NCBI GenBank assembly: GCA_963727825.1
Contig: CAVSHO010000009.1
Span: 96,001-160,000, forward strand
DNA from: Ignavibacteriota bacterium
GTDB taxonomy: Bacteria > Bacteroidota > Ignavibacteria > UBA10030
DNA: 64,000 nt
Reading direction: 5' to 3'
Shown: piece after piece, positions 20,927 through 30,510 of the stretch
How positions within the stretch are numbered: position 1 is the first letter of the stretch
Layout: every line of letters starts with the position of its first letter
Made by a program: the position numbers and the translations under genes
The notes under the pieces: model-generated
What the model saw: only the letters and a program-made list of their open reading frames with translations
Databases searched by the model: none
What the model was told of the DNA's origin: nothing

Positions 20927-22636
20927 ATGAAGCGCGCACCAAAGTTGTATCAAGTTCCTCACATCGATTCCATTCAGGATATGTTAATCAAATCAGCAGG
21001 CAAGTATGGCGACAAACTCGCGCTCGAGGATTTGAAGGATACACCTGTTCCAAAAGTCAGCTACAATACACTATTAAAGTACGTGCTGAAATTCGGGACT
21101 GCACTGCGCGACCTCAAATTGCCGGAACGAAGCCACATTGCTGTCGTTTCTGAAAACCGTGTACAATGGTGCTTGACCTATCTTACATCAATGTGCTTTA
21201 ACTACGTTATCGTCCCAATTGATGCTAAACTGAGCACGAACGAAATTCTTAACATCATCCACGAATCAGATACCAATGTCATTGTTTTTTCTGAATCCTT
21301 CGATTCAATGCTGCGCGAAAAACAACATTCGTTGAAGCACATAAAATATTTTATAAGCATGGATTTATTAACGAAGAAAGACGGCTTTCTTTCGATGGTC
21401 GAGTTGACCAATGACAGCCATGGCTGTACTGTGGACACATTACCAAAGATAGACGCACGAGACATGGCGGTCATCATCTTTACTTCAGGCACGCTCGGTA
21501 GAGCAAAAGGTGTTATGCTTAGCCAACGGAATCTTGCTACTAATCTCATTGCTATGGTCAGTATGATGATGATCTATCCAGAAGACCGCTTCCTTTCTGT
21601 TCTCCCTATTCATCATACTTACGAATGCACATGTGGATTTCTCTGTCCACTGTACTCCGGTGCGTCAGTACACTATGCCCGTTCACTTAAAACGGTCGTG
21701 GACGACCTTCAACAAGTGAAGGCAACGATGCTTCTCAGTGTACCGCTTATGTTTGATAAAATGTTCAAACGCGTCTATCAGGCAATTCATGAAAAGCGCT
21801 TAACATCAATCATTGTACCGCCGTTGATCAAGATAACTGATGTCGCAGCACGTTTTGGGTGGAAGAGTTCCAAGAAACTTGTTTTCACTGAAATCCATAA
21901 ACGTTTCGGCGGACACATTCGTGCATTTATTGCCGGCGGCGCTGCTCCCGATCCGATGGTCGCAAAAGGACTTCGTGATCTCGGCTTTACATTTGTGCAA
22001 GGATATGGCTTAACAGAGACATCTCCTATTCTCACATTGAACCAGCTCGACAACTTCAAAGATGATGCTGCCGGGCTTCCACTACCCGGTGTTGAATTGA
22101 AAATTCATTCACCTAATGAAGATGGTGTCGGAGAAGTGTGGGCAAAAGGGGCTAATGTAATGGTAGGTTTTTATAAAAATGAAAGAGCGACGCGCGATGT
22201 ATTTGAAAACAGCTGGTTTATGACCGGCGATCTCGGCTTCATCGACGAGGATGGTTTCCTTCACATTTGCGGGCGGAAGAAGAATGTCATCATCTCACGC
22301 AGCGGGAAAAATGTTTTCCCTGAAGAAATTGAAGACATCCTCCAGCGGAGTCCCTACATTCTTGAGTGCCTTGTTTACGGTGAAGATGATCCGAAGTTAG
22401 ATGAAATTATTTCGGCACAAATTGTGGTGGATGCAGAAGCGTTCATAGAGTTATCCGAGGCACGCGGCATACCGATCACTCCGGAACTAATAAACGACGT
22501 AATCGCAGGCGAAGTAAAAAGGGCAAATGCCGAACTGACCAGCTTTAAACAGATTAAAAAGTTTACAATCCGTGAATTAGAATTTGAGAAAACGACTACA
22601 CAAAAAATCAAAAGATATTTAGCACTGCCTAAATAG
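20927..22636 (+). CDS. Long-chain fatty acyl-CoA synthetase (AMP-binding)
   Basis: IIFTSGTLGRAKGV, QGYGLTETSP, TGDLG, GRKKN. Confidence 0.9.
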   Translation: MKRAPKLYQVPHIDSIQDMLIKSAGKYGDKLALEDLKDTPVPKVSYNTLLKYVLKFGTALRDLKLPERSHIAVVSENRVQWCLTYLTSMCFNYVIVPIDAKLSTNEILNIIHESDTNVIVFSESFDSMLREKQHSLKHIKYFISMDLLTKKDGFLSMVELTNDSHGCTVDTLPKIDARDMAVIIFTSGTLGRAKGVMLSQRNLATNLIAMVSMMMIYPEDRFLSVLPIHHTYECTCGFLCPLYSGASVHYARSLKTVVDDLQQVKATMLLSVPLMFDKMFKRVYQAIHEKRLTSIIVPPLIKITDVAARFGWKSSKKLVFTEIHKRFGGHIRAFIAGGAAPDPMVAKGLRDLGFTFVQGYGLTETSPILTLNQLDNFKDDAAGLPLPGVELKIHSPNEDGVGEVWAKGANVMVGFYKNERATRDVFENSWFMTGDLGFIDEDGFLHICGRKKNVIISRSGKNVFPEEIEDILQRSPYILECLVYGEDDPKLDEIISAQIVVDAEAFIELSEARGIPITPELINDVIAGEVKRANAELTSFKQIKKFTIRELEFEKTTTQKIKRYLALPK

Positions 22637-22668
22637 AGCCGGTTAGTTGTGAATTTGATATTGAATAG

Positions 22669-23829
22669 ATGAATGCTGTTCCCAAGAAATACATTGCCCA
22701 TCTCGACCTCGATTGTTTTTTCGTCTCCGTGGAGCGAATCAAGAATCCAGAACTTATTAGAAAACCTGTTATTGTCGGTGGCAGTGCAACCGAACGAGGT
22801 GTAGTAGCATCGGCTTCATACGAAGCGCGAAAGTTTGGCATTCATTCCGCCATGCCCACGGCACGGGCGCAGCGACTTTGTCCCAACCTTATCGTAGTAC
22901 ACGGTAGCCACAGCGAATATGGGCGCATCTCGAAGAAACTCTATGAACGAATGTGCGAACTCGCGCCTGTAGTTGAGCGCGCCTCCATTGATGAAATGAA
23001 TATGGATTTCACTGGATGCGAAAATCTCTACCATAACGACCTGCCTGGTTTTATGAGGACGATTCAGAAACTTGTATTAAATGAATTCAAGCTTCCATGT
23101 ACAATAGGACTTGCCTCTAATAAAACAATCGCAAAAATTGCGGTAAACCAGGCAAAACCAGCCGGAATTGTTTTCGTCCCCCATGGAACAGAAGCTGCAT
23201 ATCTTGCACCTCTGGATATCAGCGTCATTCCCGGTGTCGGCAAGAAAACAGAAGAATATTTGCGGGAAAAGGGATTTCATAAAGTTTCTGATATCCAACA
23301 AAGAACGGAAAAGGAAATCTTGGACATTTTAGGCAAGCATGGATTATGGATATACAATGTGGCACTCGGACGCGGTTCCGATGTGATCGGCGATGAATGG
23401 GATGCAAAGAGTATCTCGCGCGAAGAGACATTCGCTAAAGACATTGCCGATAGAAAAGAACTGGAGAAAGTTATATTTGAATTAACCGAAGATATCTGTC
23501 AGCAGCTCCGCGAACACGAATGGAAAACACGTACGGTGACATTAAAACTTCGATATTCTGATTTTAAAACCATCACGCATGCAGAAAGTATCGAACCTAC
23601 AAATGACGAAACGATTGTAGCGCAAACTGCGCGTTCGCTGCTTCATTCCGCTTACACACGCAAGCTCCCGATTCGATTAATTGGAGTGCGGCTTACTAAT
23701 TTCGACGAGGAAGAGCAGATGGAATTACCTCTCTTCCCTTCTGAAAAAAAGAAGCAAAATATTCTTCGCATAGTAGATACTTTACGAAAGAAGTTTGGAG
23801 ATGATGTGATTCATGTGGGTGGAGGATAA
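22669..23829 (+). CDS. dinB: DNA polymerase IV
   Basis: HLDLDCFFVSVE, ASYEARKFGI, SIDE, little-finger domain LKLRYSDF...RLIGV. Confidence 0.95.
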   Translation: MNAVPKKYIAHLDLDCFFVSVERIKNPELIRKPVIVGGSATERGVVASASYEARKFGIHSAMPTARAQRLCPNLIVVHGSHSEYGRISKKLYERMCELAPVVERASIDEMNMDFTGCENLYHNDLPGFMRTIQKLVLNEFKLPCTIGLASNKTIAKIAVNQAKPAGIVFVPHGTEAAYLAPLDISVIPGVGKKTEEYLREKGFHKVSDIQQRTEKEILDILGKHGLWIYNVALGRGSDVIGDEWDAKSISREETFAKDIADRKELEKVIFELTEDICQQLREHEWKTRTVTLKLRYSDFKTITHAESIEPTNDETIVAQTARSLLHSAYTRKLPIRLIGVRLTNFDEEEQMELPLFPSEKKKQNILRIVDTLRKKFGDDVIHVGGG

Positions 23830-23831
23830 AC

Positions 23832-23858
23832 TCCTACGCACCTAAGAGGTGCGTAGGA
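23832..23858. repeat. REP hairpin upstream of RAYT
   Basis: TCCTACGCACCT-aag-AGGTGCGTAGGA, perfect IR. Confidence 0.85.
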
Positions 23859-23870
23859 TGTACAGATAAT

Positions 23871-23905
23871 TATCTCCGATGCACTTTTGAAGTGGATCGG
23901 AGATA
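23871..23905. repeat. Second REP hairpin upstream of RAYT
   Basis: TATCTCCGATGCACTT-ttg-AAGTGGATCGGAGATA, one mismatch. Confidence 0.85.
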
Positions 23906-23927
23906 GAAACGTTCGGGGAGAATTCCA

Positions 23928-24506
23928 ATGGCACAAAGATTAGTGAAGTTCGATCAGGGAGAGTACTATCACATCTACAATCGGGGATGTGGGCGAGAAA
24001 ACATCTTCCGAGAATCAGAGAATTATTCCTACCTGCTTCGACTTTTTCAAAAGAAACTGCCACAGTTCCAAGTAACGTCTATAGCATATTGTTTAATGCC
24101 TAATCACTATCATTTCATCCTTCGACAAGATAGCGAAATCTCAATTGGTAACTTCATCCAGAGCATTTTCAATAGTTACAGCAAAGCATTCAACAAGCGA
24201 TATAAAAGGAGCGGGACACTTTTTGAAGGTCCTTTTCAAGCCAAACATATCAATGAGCAAGAGTATTTGATTCATCTTTGTAGGTACATCCATCGAAATC
24301 CTGTCGATGCAGAATTTGTAAAGTCTCCTGAAGAATGGCCGTTTTCTGATTATTGCAATTGGATAGGAACGAAAAAGAGTTCATTCATAGATAAGGATTT
24401 TATTGAGAACATCTTTTATTCTGCAAAGGAATACGAAACTTTCGTTAAAGAATTTGTACCACCATCTAAAGTCAAAGATGGACTAAATTCATTTTTCCTC
24501 GACTGA
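23928..24506 (+). mobile_element. REP-associated tyrosine transposase (RAYT/TnpA-REP, IS200-like Y1 HUH)
   Basis: YYHIYNRG, AYCLMPNHYHF (HUH), GTLFEGPF, YIHRNPV (catalytic Tyr), WPFS; flanked by REP hairpins on both sides. Confidence 0.92.
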
Positions 24507-24507
24507 C

Positions 24508-24542
24508 TACCTCCGACGCACCTTAAAGGTGCGTCGGAGGTA
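24508..24542. repeat. REP hairpin downstream of RAYT
   Basis: TACCTCCGACGCACCT-taa-AGGTGCGTCGGAGGTA, perfect IR related to the two upstream hairpins. Confidence 0.88.
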
Positions 24543-24565
24543 AGAAATCAGTATCTTAGTATTAT

Positions 24566-25444
24566 ATGGCACGATTCAAACTTATAATCGAATACGAAGG
24601 CACTCGTTTCAGCGGCTGGCAGGTACAGAAAAACGCTCGCACAGTGCAGGGTGAAATCAACGATGCAATCGGCAAAGTTTTCGGTACTCATGGATTTGAG
24701 TTTTATGGTTCAGGTCGCACAGATGCCGGCGTTCACGCGTTGCAGCAAGCAGCGCATCTCGATATCAAAACAGTATTAGCACCGGAAATCATTCGGATGA
24801 AATTGAACGACGAACTTCCTGCCGATATTAATATTATCGAAGTTGAAAAAGCCAGCGATGAATTTCATGCGCGGCACGATGCAATGGCGCGAAGCTATCT
24901 GTACCAAATTTCGCGGCGGCGGACAGCATTCGGTAAAAGATTTGTCTGGTGGATTAAAGACCCGCTCGATATCGTGAAAATGCGCCAAACGGCAGAAATG
25001 TTTGTCGGGCTTAAAGATTTTCAGTCTTTCACCGCTGACGATCCTGAAGAAAAATCTACAAAAGTACATGTCAATTCGATTGATATCCAGCAAGCTGGAG
25101 ATTTAATTCTCATTCGCATTGTTGGATCGCATTTCATCTGGAAAATGGTTCGGCAGATTATCGGTGTGCTGGCAGAAGTCGGACGCGGAAAAATGCCATT
25201 GAACGACGTTAAGAAATTTATTCACACAAAATCCGATGAACCTGCAAAACTAACCGCACCACCATCTGGTTTATTCCTCGAACGTGTCTATTATAAAGGC
25301 GACATTTGGCTGAAGGACATGAAGCCGATGATGGAAATTGGTTCGAGGATTCCTGCAAAGTTTGTTAAGAAACACGAAGAATCCGGTGACAAACCGAACG
25401 AAGACAAACAAAACGACAATAGAAAGAAAACGCACGAAGGATAA
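24566..25444 (+). CDS. truA: tRNA pseudouridine(38-40) synthase
   Basis: EYEGTRFSGWQ, SGRTDAGVHA, FHARHDA, F.WKMVR, TAPPSGLFL. Confidence 0.95.
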   Translation: MARFKLIIEYEGTRFSGWQVQKNARTVQGEINDAIGKVFGTHGFEFYGSGRTDAGVHALQQAAHLDIKTVLAPEIIRMKLNDELPADINIIEVEKASDEFHARHDAMARSYLYQISRRRTAFGKRFVWWIKDPLDIVKMRQTAEMFVGLKDFQSFTADDPEEKSTKVHVNSIDIQQAGDLILIRIVGSHFIWKMVRQIIGVLAEVGRGKMPLNDVKKFIHTKSDEPAKLTAPPSGLFLERVYYKGDIWLKDMKPMMEIGSRIPAKFVKKHEESGDKPNEDKQNDNRKKTHEG

Positions 25445-25595
25445 TACTCCTCTCTTCTGTGATTTCTCCTGCCCACATGCAAAGTTCACACAGCCCGACA
25501 CCAGTGGTGCTTGCAGACGAGACCTCGCAGTCTATTGTACGTTTTATAAAAGTCACAACAACAAGAATTCCATTTGTATCGGAAGGAAGCAATGA
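25386..25595 (+). CDS. Small Cys-rich hypothetical protein overlapping the truA 3' end
   Basis: GTG start, 69 aa; basic N-terminus, then FCDFSCPH...GACRR...VYC...NSIC (5 Cys). Fills the gap between truA and the next gene. Confidence 0.5.
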   Translation: MTNRTKTNKTTIERKRTKDNTPLFCDFSCPHAKFTQPDTSGACRRDLAVYCTFYKSHNNKNSICIGRKQ

Positions 25596-25647
25596 AATGA
25601 CAATAGTTCCTCATTTTTGTAATCGTACTTTGCGACAGGAGCAACGT

Positions 25648-26214
25648 ATGACCAAAATCTGGATTTTGATCATTGCATTAATTCTATTATGCGGGCAAGC
25701 GGTTGCACAGCAATCCAAATCAAAACCTGATTGGTCTGCTTTTCAATTTCTTATTGGGAAATGGGCTGGCGAAGGCGGCGGCGATCCAGGGCAAGGAAAC
25801 GGTATCTTCACTTTCTCACTTGATCTTCAAGATCACATTATCATACGTCGAAACCAATCCGATTATCCTGAAACAAAGACACACACACCTTTTTCTCACA
25901 ATGATTTGATGGTGATCTACCACCAAACAATCGGGCAGTCGGCACAGGCAATATACTTTGACAATGAAGATCATACTATCCGATACAACATCAAAATTTC
26001 TGAGAATGGGAAATCAATAGCTTTTATCAGCGATTCATTACCGGGACAACCGCTATATCAATTATCGTACACTTCGCTTTCAGATGATTCGCTGCTTATT
26101 ACATTCGAGATTGCTCCTCCTGGCAAACCAAATGATTTCTCCAAATATCTCGAGGGGAAAGCGCATAAAATAAAATCGAATCCGGCACTTCATTTGGAAA
26201 AGGAAATAAAATGA
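25648..26214 (+). CDS. Secreted hypothetical protein (beta-barrel, DUF1579/THAP4-like)
   Basis: RBS AGGAG, signal peptide MTKIWILIIALILLCGQAVA, FLIGKWAGEG, AIYFDNED. Confidence 0.65.
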   Translation: MTKIWILIIALILLCGQAVAQQSKSKPDWSAFQFLIGKWAGEGGGDPGQGNGIFTFSLDLQDHIIIRRNQSDYPETKTHTPFSHNDLMVIYHQTIGQSAQAIYFDNEDHTIRYNIKISENGKSIAFISDSLPGQPLYQLSYTSLSDDSLLITFEIAPPGKPNDFSKYLEGKAHKIKSNPALHLEKEIK

Positions 26215-27455
26215 CCTCCCTGGAACTGGCAACTGCTCTCAATGATATTGCCGAGCCATATGTAAAGCTCGTTCTCGCCGTCGGACAGCATGATCCGGAC
26301 TATGTAGATGCATACTATGGTCCGCCGGAATGGCAGGCAGAAGCAAAAGCTGAGAAGCAATCGTTGGATACAATCCTGAAAATTGCGATTCCATTTAAAA
26401 CCAAATTAGATAAACTCCAAAGCAAACGTGCAGAAGATATTCTTCAACTTCGTCATCAATATCTCCGAAAGCAGCTCTCGTCGCTCATTGCTCGTGTTGA
26501 GGTGTTAGGCGGGAAGAAATTATCTTTCGATGAAGAAGCTAAAGCATACTATGATGTCGAACCACCGATATTCGAGGAAGAATATTTTAAAAAACTCGTC
26601 TCTGAATTGGAAACTATTGTACCGGGCAAAGGACCGATTCCAGAACGCCTTGAAAATTATCGCAGACAATTCACTATTACTCCAGACAAGTTAGATAAAG
26701 TATTTAGCGCCGCAATTTTTGAATGCCGCCAACGAACAAAGAAATATATCATTCTACCGGAGAACGAAAAATTCCGATTGGAATATGTGCACAATAAAGC
26801 GTGGAGCGGTTATAATTGGTATAAAGGGAATAACGAAAGTCTGATTCAGATTAACACAGATTTGCCGATTTTTATGGAACGCGCCGTTGATCTTGCTGCG
26901 CACGAGGGATATCCTGGGCATCATGTATACAATTGCCTATTAGAGACGGCATTTGCGCGCAAATTTGGCTGGATAGAATTCACTGTGTATCCTCTTTTTA
27001 GTTCGCAGTCGTTGATAGCAGAAGGAACCGCCAATTTTGGTATTGAAGTTGCTTTTCCGGGAAAAGAACGAATGGAATTTGAACGCGATATCCTTTTCTC
27101 TCTTGCTGGATTAGATAAAAGTCAGGCGGAAAGGTATTCCAAGGTACAGGAGCTTGCCGCAAAACTCAGTTATGCCGGTAATGAAGCCGCGCGTCACTAT
27201 CTCAATGGCGAAATCTCGCGCGACGATGCTGCTCAATGGCTCGTTCAATATGCGCTTATGTCACCGGAACGCGCTCAGCAGCGCACACGATTTTTTGACC
27301 AGTACCGCAGTTATGTCATCAATTATAATCTCGGTTTGGATTTGGTGCGGCAATACATCGTACGACGCGGCGGCACAGAAAAGAATCCTGCAAAGCGGTG
27401 GGAAGAATTTACACGGCTCCTTGCATCACCACGTTTGCCTTCGGGATTACTCTAA
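26211..27455 (+). CDS. DUF885-like putative metallopeptidase
   Basis: AAHEGYPGHH motif, downstream IAEG, and YVINYNLG. Confidence 0.65.
   Translation: MTSLELATALNDIAEPYVKLVLAVGQHDPDYVDAYYGPPEWQAEAKAEKQSLDTILKIAIPFKTKLDKLQSKRAEDILQLRHQYLRKQLSSLIARVEVLGGKKLSFDEEAKAYYDVEPPIFEEEYFKKLVSELETIVPGKGPIPERLENYRRQFTITPDKLDKVFSAAIFECRQRTKKYIILPENEKFRLEYVHNKAWSGYNWYKGNNESLIQINTDLPIFMERAVDLAAHEGYPGHHVYNCLLETAFARKFGWIEFTVYPLFSSQSLIAEGTANFGIEVAFPGKERMEFERDILFSLAGLDKSQAERYSKVQELAAKLSYAGNEAARHYLNGEISRDDAAQWLVQYALMSPERAQQRTRFFDQYRSYVINYNLGLDLVRQYIVRRGGTEKNPAKRWEEFTRLLASPRLPSGLL
27371..27446 (+). repeat. 76-bp direct repeat, copy 1 (3' end of the DUF885-like gene)
   Basis: CGGCACAGAAAAGAATCC...TTTGCCTTCGGGA, identical to 28356-28431. 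Confidence 0.95.
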
Positions 27456-27572
27456 ATTTCGACTATCTACAATTCTCGCGGTTCTTACAAATTACTAAGA
27501 AGATCAAATAATTCATCTCTTTCACATTGTATTTAAGTAATAACTAATTATTAATGTATTACTATTATTCGC

Positions 27573-27601
27573 TTGACTTACAAATTAAATTGTGTTATAT
27601 T
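27573..27601 (+). promoter_or_regulatory. Putative TA operon promoter with a near-palindromic spacer (candidate operator)
   Basis: TTGACT-17 nt-TATATT with a TG extension; the spacer contains ACAAATTAAATTGT. Confidence 0.55.
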
Positions 27602-27652
27602 ATGTTCAGATAGTGTGGATAATATTTATATGTCCAACAGTTAGGAGAAGGT

Positions 27653-27883
27653 ATGGAAACATCAATAGTAACAACAAAAGGACAAGTCGTAATTCCTTCA
27701 AAACTAAGGAATAGGTATAAGATAAAAAATGGAACACGCATTCACTTCCTTGATAGAGGTGGTGAAATTGTTTTGGTACCATTAACCCCAGAACTGATTG
27801 ATTCAAACATCGGTTTTCTCGGAACTAAGGGTAAGCTTAAAAGAACGTTGATTGAAGAAAAAAATAGGGAGCGTGAATTATGA
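27653..27883 (+). CDS. AbrB/MazE/SpoVT-family antitoxin
   Basis: VTTKGQVVIPSKLR...IKNG...IVLVP; overlaps the toxin start at ATGA. Confidence 0.9.
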   Translation: METSIVTTKGQVVIPSKLRNRYKIKNGTRIHFLDRGGEIVLVPLTPELIDSNIGFLGTKGKLKRTLIEEKNREREL

Positions 27884-28278
27884 AACGATATGTATTCGAC
27901 AGTTACGCTCTCTTAGCATACGCTGAAGGCGAAGAAGGCAGCAAGGCCGTTGCCGACATTTTTAAGAAAGCACTTGCTGATCAAGCAGAGGTCTTTCTTT
28001 GCTGGGTAAATTGGGGAGAAATGTATTACATAGCTCTTAGAGAAGGAGGCATAGAACGTGCTGAGCTTTATTCAAATACATTTTCACGCTATCCACTCGA
28101 ATTAATCGAAGCAAACAAGGAACTAACTTTACAGGCTGCTCAATTGAAAGCATTTAAGAAAATTTCATACGCTGATGCATTTGCCGCAGCAACCGCAATT
28201 CAAAAAAAAGCAGAACTTGTTACAGGTGATAAAGAATTCAAACAACTTGAAGCTCAGGTTAAGATATTTTGGATTTAA
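27880..28278 (+). CDS. vapC: PIN-domain VapC toxin
   Basis: YVFDSYALL, NWGE, ISYADAF, LVTGDKEF (acidic PIN residues). Confidence 0.92.
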   Translation: MKRYVFDSYALLAYAEGEEGSKAVADIFKKALADQAEVFLCWVNWGEMYYIALREGGIERAELYSNTFSRYPLELIEANKELTLQAAQLKAFKKISYADAFAAATAIQKKAELVTGDKEFKQLEAQVKIFWI

Positions 28279-28355
28279 AGACATATGAGAAAAAAATCAC
28301 GGATTGAATTGAATAATCTGGAAATTGTAACAATTGTTTTATTTTAAGCTGATAA

Positions 28356-28431
28356 CGGCACAGAAAAGAATCCTGCAAAGCGGTGGGAAGAATTTACACG
28401 GCTCCTTGCATCACCACGTTTGCCTTCGGGA
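28356..28431 (+). repeat. 76-bp direct repeat, copy 2 (orphan 3' end of the DUF885-like gene)
   Basis: Encodes GTEKNPAKRWEEFTRLLASPRLPSG, followed by LI and TAA directly abutting the MTase ATG at 28441. Confidence 0.95.
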
Positions 28432-28440
28432 CTAATATAA

Positions 28441-29679
28441 ATGTCACCGGTAAAGTCAAAAATACCAAAAGGAGATCGTCCTTACCTTGAAAGGTTATTG
28501 GATGAAGTCCGTTATCGACTCACGACGGTAGAAGATATCGATGTTGCCGGACAATCCTTCCCGCGCTTCATTGGTGAGTTCTGGACATCCCAGCAACGGC
28601 AAGCATTGTCATTGCACGAGGTTTCATATCGTGCTTGTTTTAAACCGCAGCTTCCACGATTCTTCATCGAATACTTGACGAATGAAGGCGACACCGTGTA
28701 CGATCCATTTAGCGGACGCGGAACAACGTCATTAGAAGCAGGATTACTACGCAGAAAAGTTATTGCGAACGATGCAAATCCTCTAAGCGCACTTCTGTGC
28801 AAACCACGCTTCTTCCCTCCCTTGCTTGAAGAATTGATAAAACGCTTAGACAGCATTCCTATCAAAGAAGCAGCAGAAGCTGATATCGACCTTTCGATGT
28901 TCTATCATCCAAAGACAGAAACGGAAATTGTTTCTTTGAAAGAATATTTAGATGATCGTCATGAGAGCGGAAAAGAAGATAACATTGACAGATGGATTCG
29001 CATGGTCGCCACCAATCGGTTGACCGGACATTCGAAAGGATTCTTTTCTGTATATACTCTGCCTCCGAATCAAGCAGTAAGCGCAGATAGCCAACGGAGA
29101 ATCAATATAAAAATGCAGCAGGAACCGGAACACCGCGACACGCGCGTTATCATTTTCAAGAAATCAAAAACACTACTTAAAGACGTTACAATGTTTGACC
29201 GGCAAAACCTTCAGTGCGCCGGCGAAACCGCCCGCTTCCTCACATCCGATGCGAGAGAGACAAAATCAATAGCGCCCAATTCCATTCAGCTTACCGTCAC
29301 TTCACCCCCATTTCTTGACATTGTTGACTATGTGCAGGACAACTGGCTGCGATGCTGGTTCAACAGCCTTGATGCAGCAGATGCCGCCAAGACAATAACA
29401 ATGTCGCGGTCATTAGAAGAATGGTCGGCAGTCATGTTTGGGACTTTTCGTGAACTGTATCGTGTCACCAAACCGCGCGGATTCGTGGCGTTTGAAGTGG
29501 GTGAAGTACGAAATAATAAAGTACAATTAGATGAACATGTGGTACCGCTTGGCATCAAAGCGGGGTTTACATGTGTAGGCATCATTAAAAATGAAAATTT
29601 TAGCATATTTACCACTACAAAACAAAAAGCAGAAAACTTAGATTTGGCAAAAGACATTATTGTGATTTTTAGAAAATAG
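28441..29679 (+). CDS. Orphan amino-DNA methyltransferase (N4-C/N6-A family)
   Basis: Motif I DPFSGRGTT precedes motif IV TSPPF; no restriction endonuclease is adjacent. Confidence 0.85.
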   Translation: MSPVKSKIPKGDRPYLERLLDEVRYRLTTVEDIDVAGQSFPRFIGEFWTSQQRQALSLHEVSYRACFKPQLPRFFIEYLTNEGDTVYDPFSGRGTTSLEAGLLRRKVIANDANPLSALLCKPRFFPPLLEELIKRLDSIPIKEAAEADIDLSMFYHPKTETEIVSLKEYLDDRHESGKEDNIDRWIRMVATNRLTGHSKGFFSVYTLPPNQAVSADSQRRINIKMQQEPEHRDTRVIIFKKSKTLLKDVTMFDRQNLQCAGETARFLTSDARETKSIAPNSIQLTVTSPPFLDIVDYVQDNWLRCWFNSLDAADAAKTITMSRSLEEWSAVMFGTFRELYRVTKPRGFVAFEVGEVRNNKVQLDEHVVPLGIKAGFTCVGIIKNENFSIFTTTKQKAENLDLAKDIIVIFRK

Positions 29680-29742
29680 CACTGTACAAATTCAATTCCT
29701 TTTAGTATATTTCTTTTAAGTAATTTGAAAGGTTGAGGCAAT

Positions 29743-30487
29743 ATGGGATCTGCACGAATAGTAGCAGGTATAGCACTTCCCAAGAAGTTTTCTCCTACTG
29801 GTAAGTTTTCTTCTTTTACAATAAAAATCGGTAACAGAGAGATTCCAAAATATGAAGAAGAGTTTTGGACATCCAAGCAAAGACAATCTTCATCGTTGCA
29901 TGAAGTCTCATATCGCGCATGTTTTAAAGCCGAGGTCCCTCATTTCTTTATTCAATGGTTAACTGAATTTGACGATACTGTTTACGATCCTTTCAACGGA
30001 AGAGGAGACCTAATCAGACAGTCATTCAATAAAGGTGATAACTTTGAAATAAAATCTACCGCCTTTAAGCCACAAAATTATAATTTCATATTGACTGAAT
30101 TATCAACACTTGATTACGAATTTGCATCAGTATGTTTTCATAAAAAATTATTAGAAGGCGAAGGATTTTCATATCCAAAGAGTTTTTATAAATACGCATA
30201 TAGATTCTTGCTAGAAAATTTAGTCGAGTCAGGTACTAACAGCCGATCTCTTTTTTGACCAATATTCTAATACGAATTCCACATTTAGTAACGAGTTTAT
30301 AACTTATATAAAGAAAAATCAACCCATTATTAAGTCAGACCAAATTCAAATGGTAGATAGCAGACAATATCCAGGAATTCAATTATCAGATTTAATTTCT
30401 GGGGTAATCAGAGTCGAATTGGAAGGTTCGGAGAAATTGCTTCATTTAATCGACGACAAAAAGATCGATATTATTCACTACCCTTAA
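29743..30487 (+). pseudogene. Chimera: N-terminal fragment of a homologous MTase fused to a DUF3800-like C-terminal part (frame break near 30232)
   Basis: EFWTSKQRQSSSLHEVSYRACFK...VYDPFNGRG matches the upstream MTase, then switches to unrelated sequence. Removing one G gives ...LFFDQY...VDSRQYPGIQLSDLISGVI...HYP*. Confidence 0.6.
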
Positions 30488-30510
30488 TATCCCTGTTGAA
30501 CATCTATAGC

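Noticed and set aside
23832-24542. Hairpin repeats as a CRISPR array or integron attC sites
   Set aside because: There are only three non-identical hairpins, with no regular spacing, no cas or intI genes and no RYYYAAC/GTTRRRY boxes. RAYT-associated REPs explain them.
13893-30240. Two frame breaks share the context TCAGGTACT, suggesting methylation-linked miscalls at AGTACT
   Set aside because: Other AGTACT sites, including TCAGTACT near 48210, read normally, and the remaining breaks have different contexts. Two cases are not enough.
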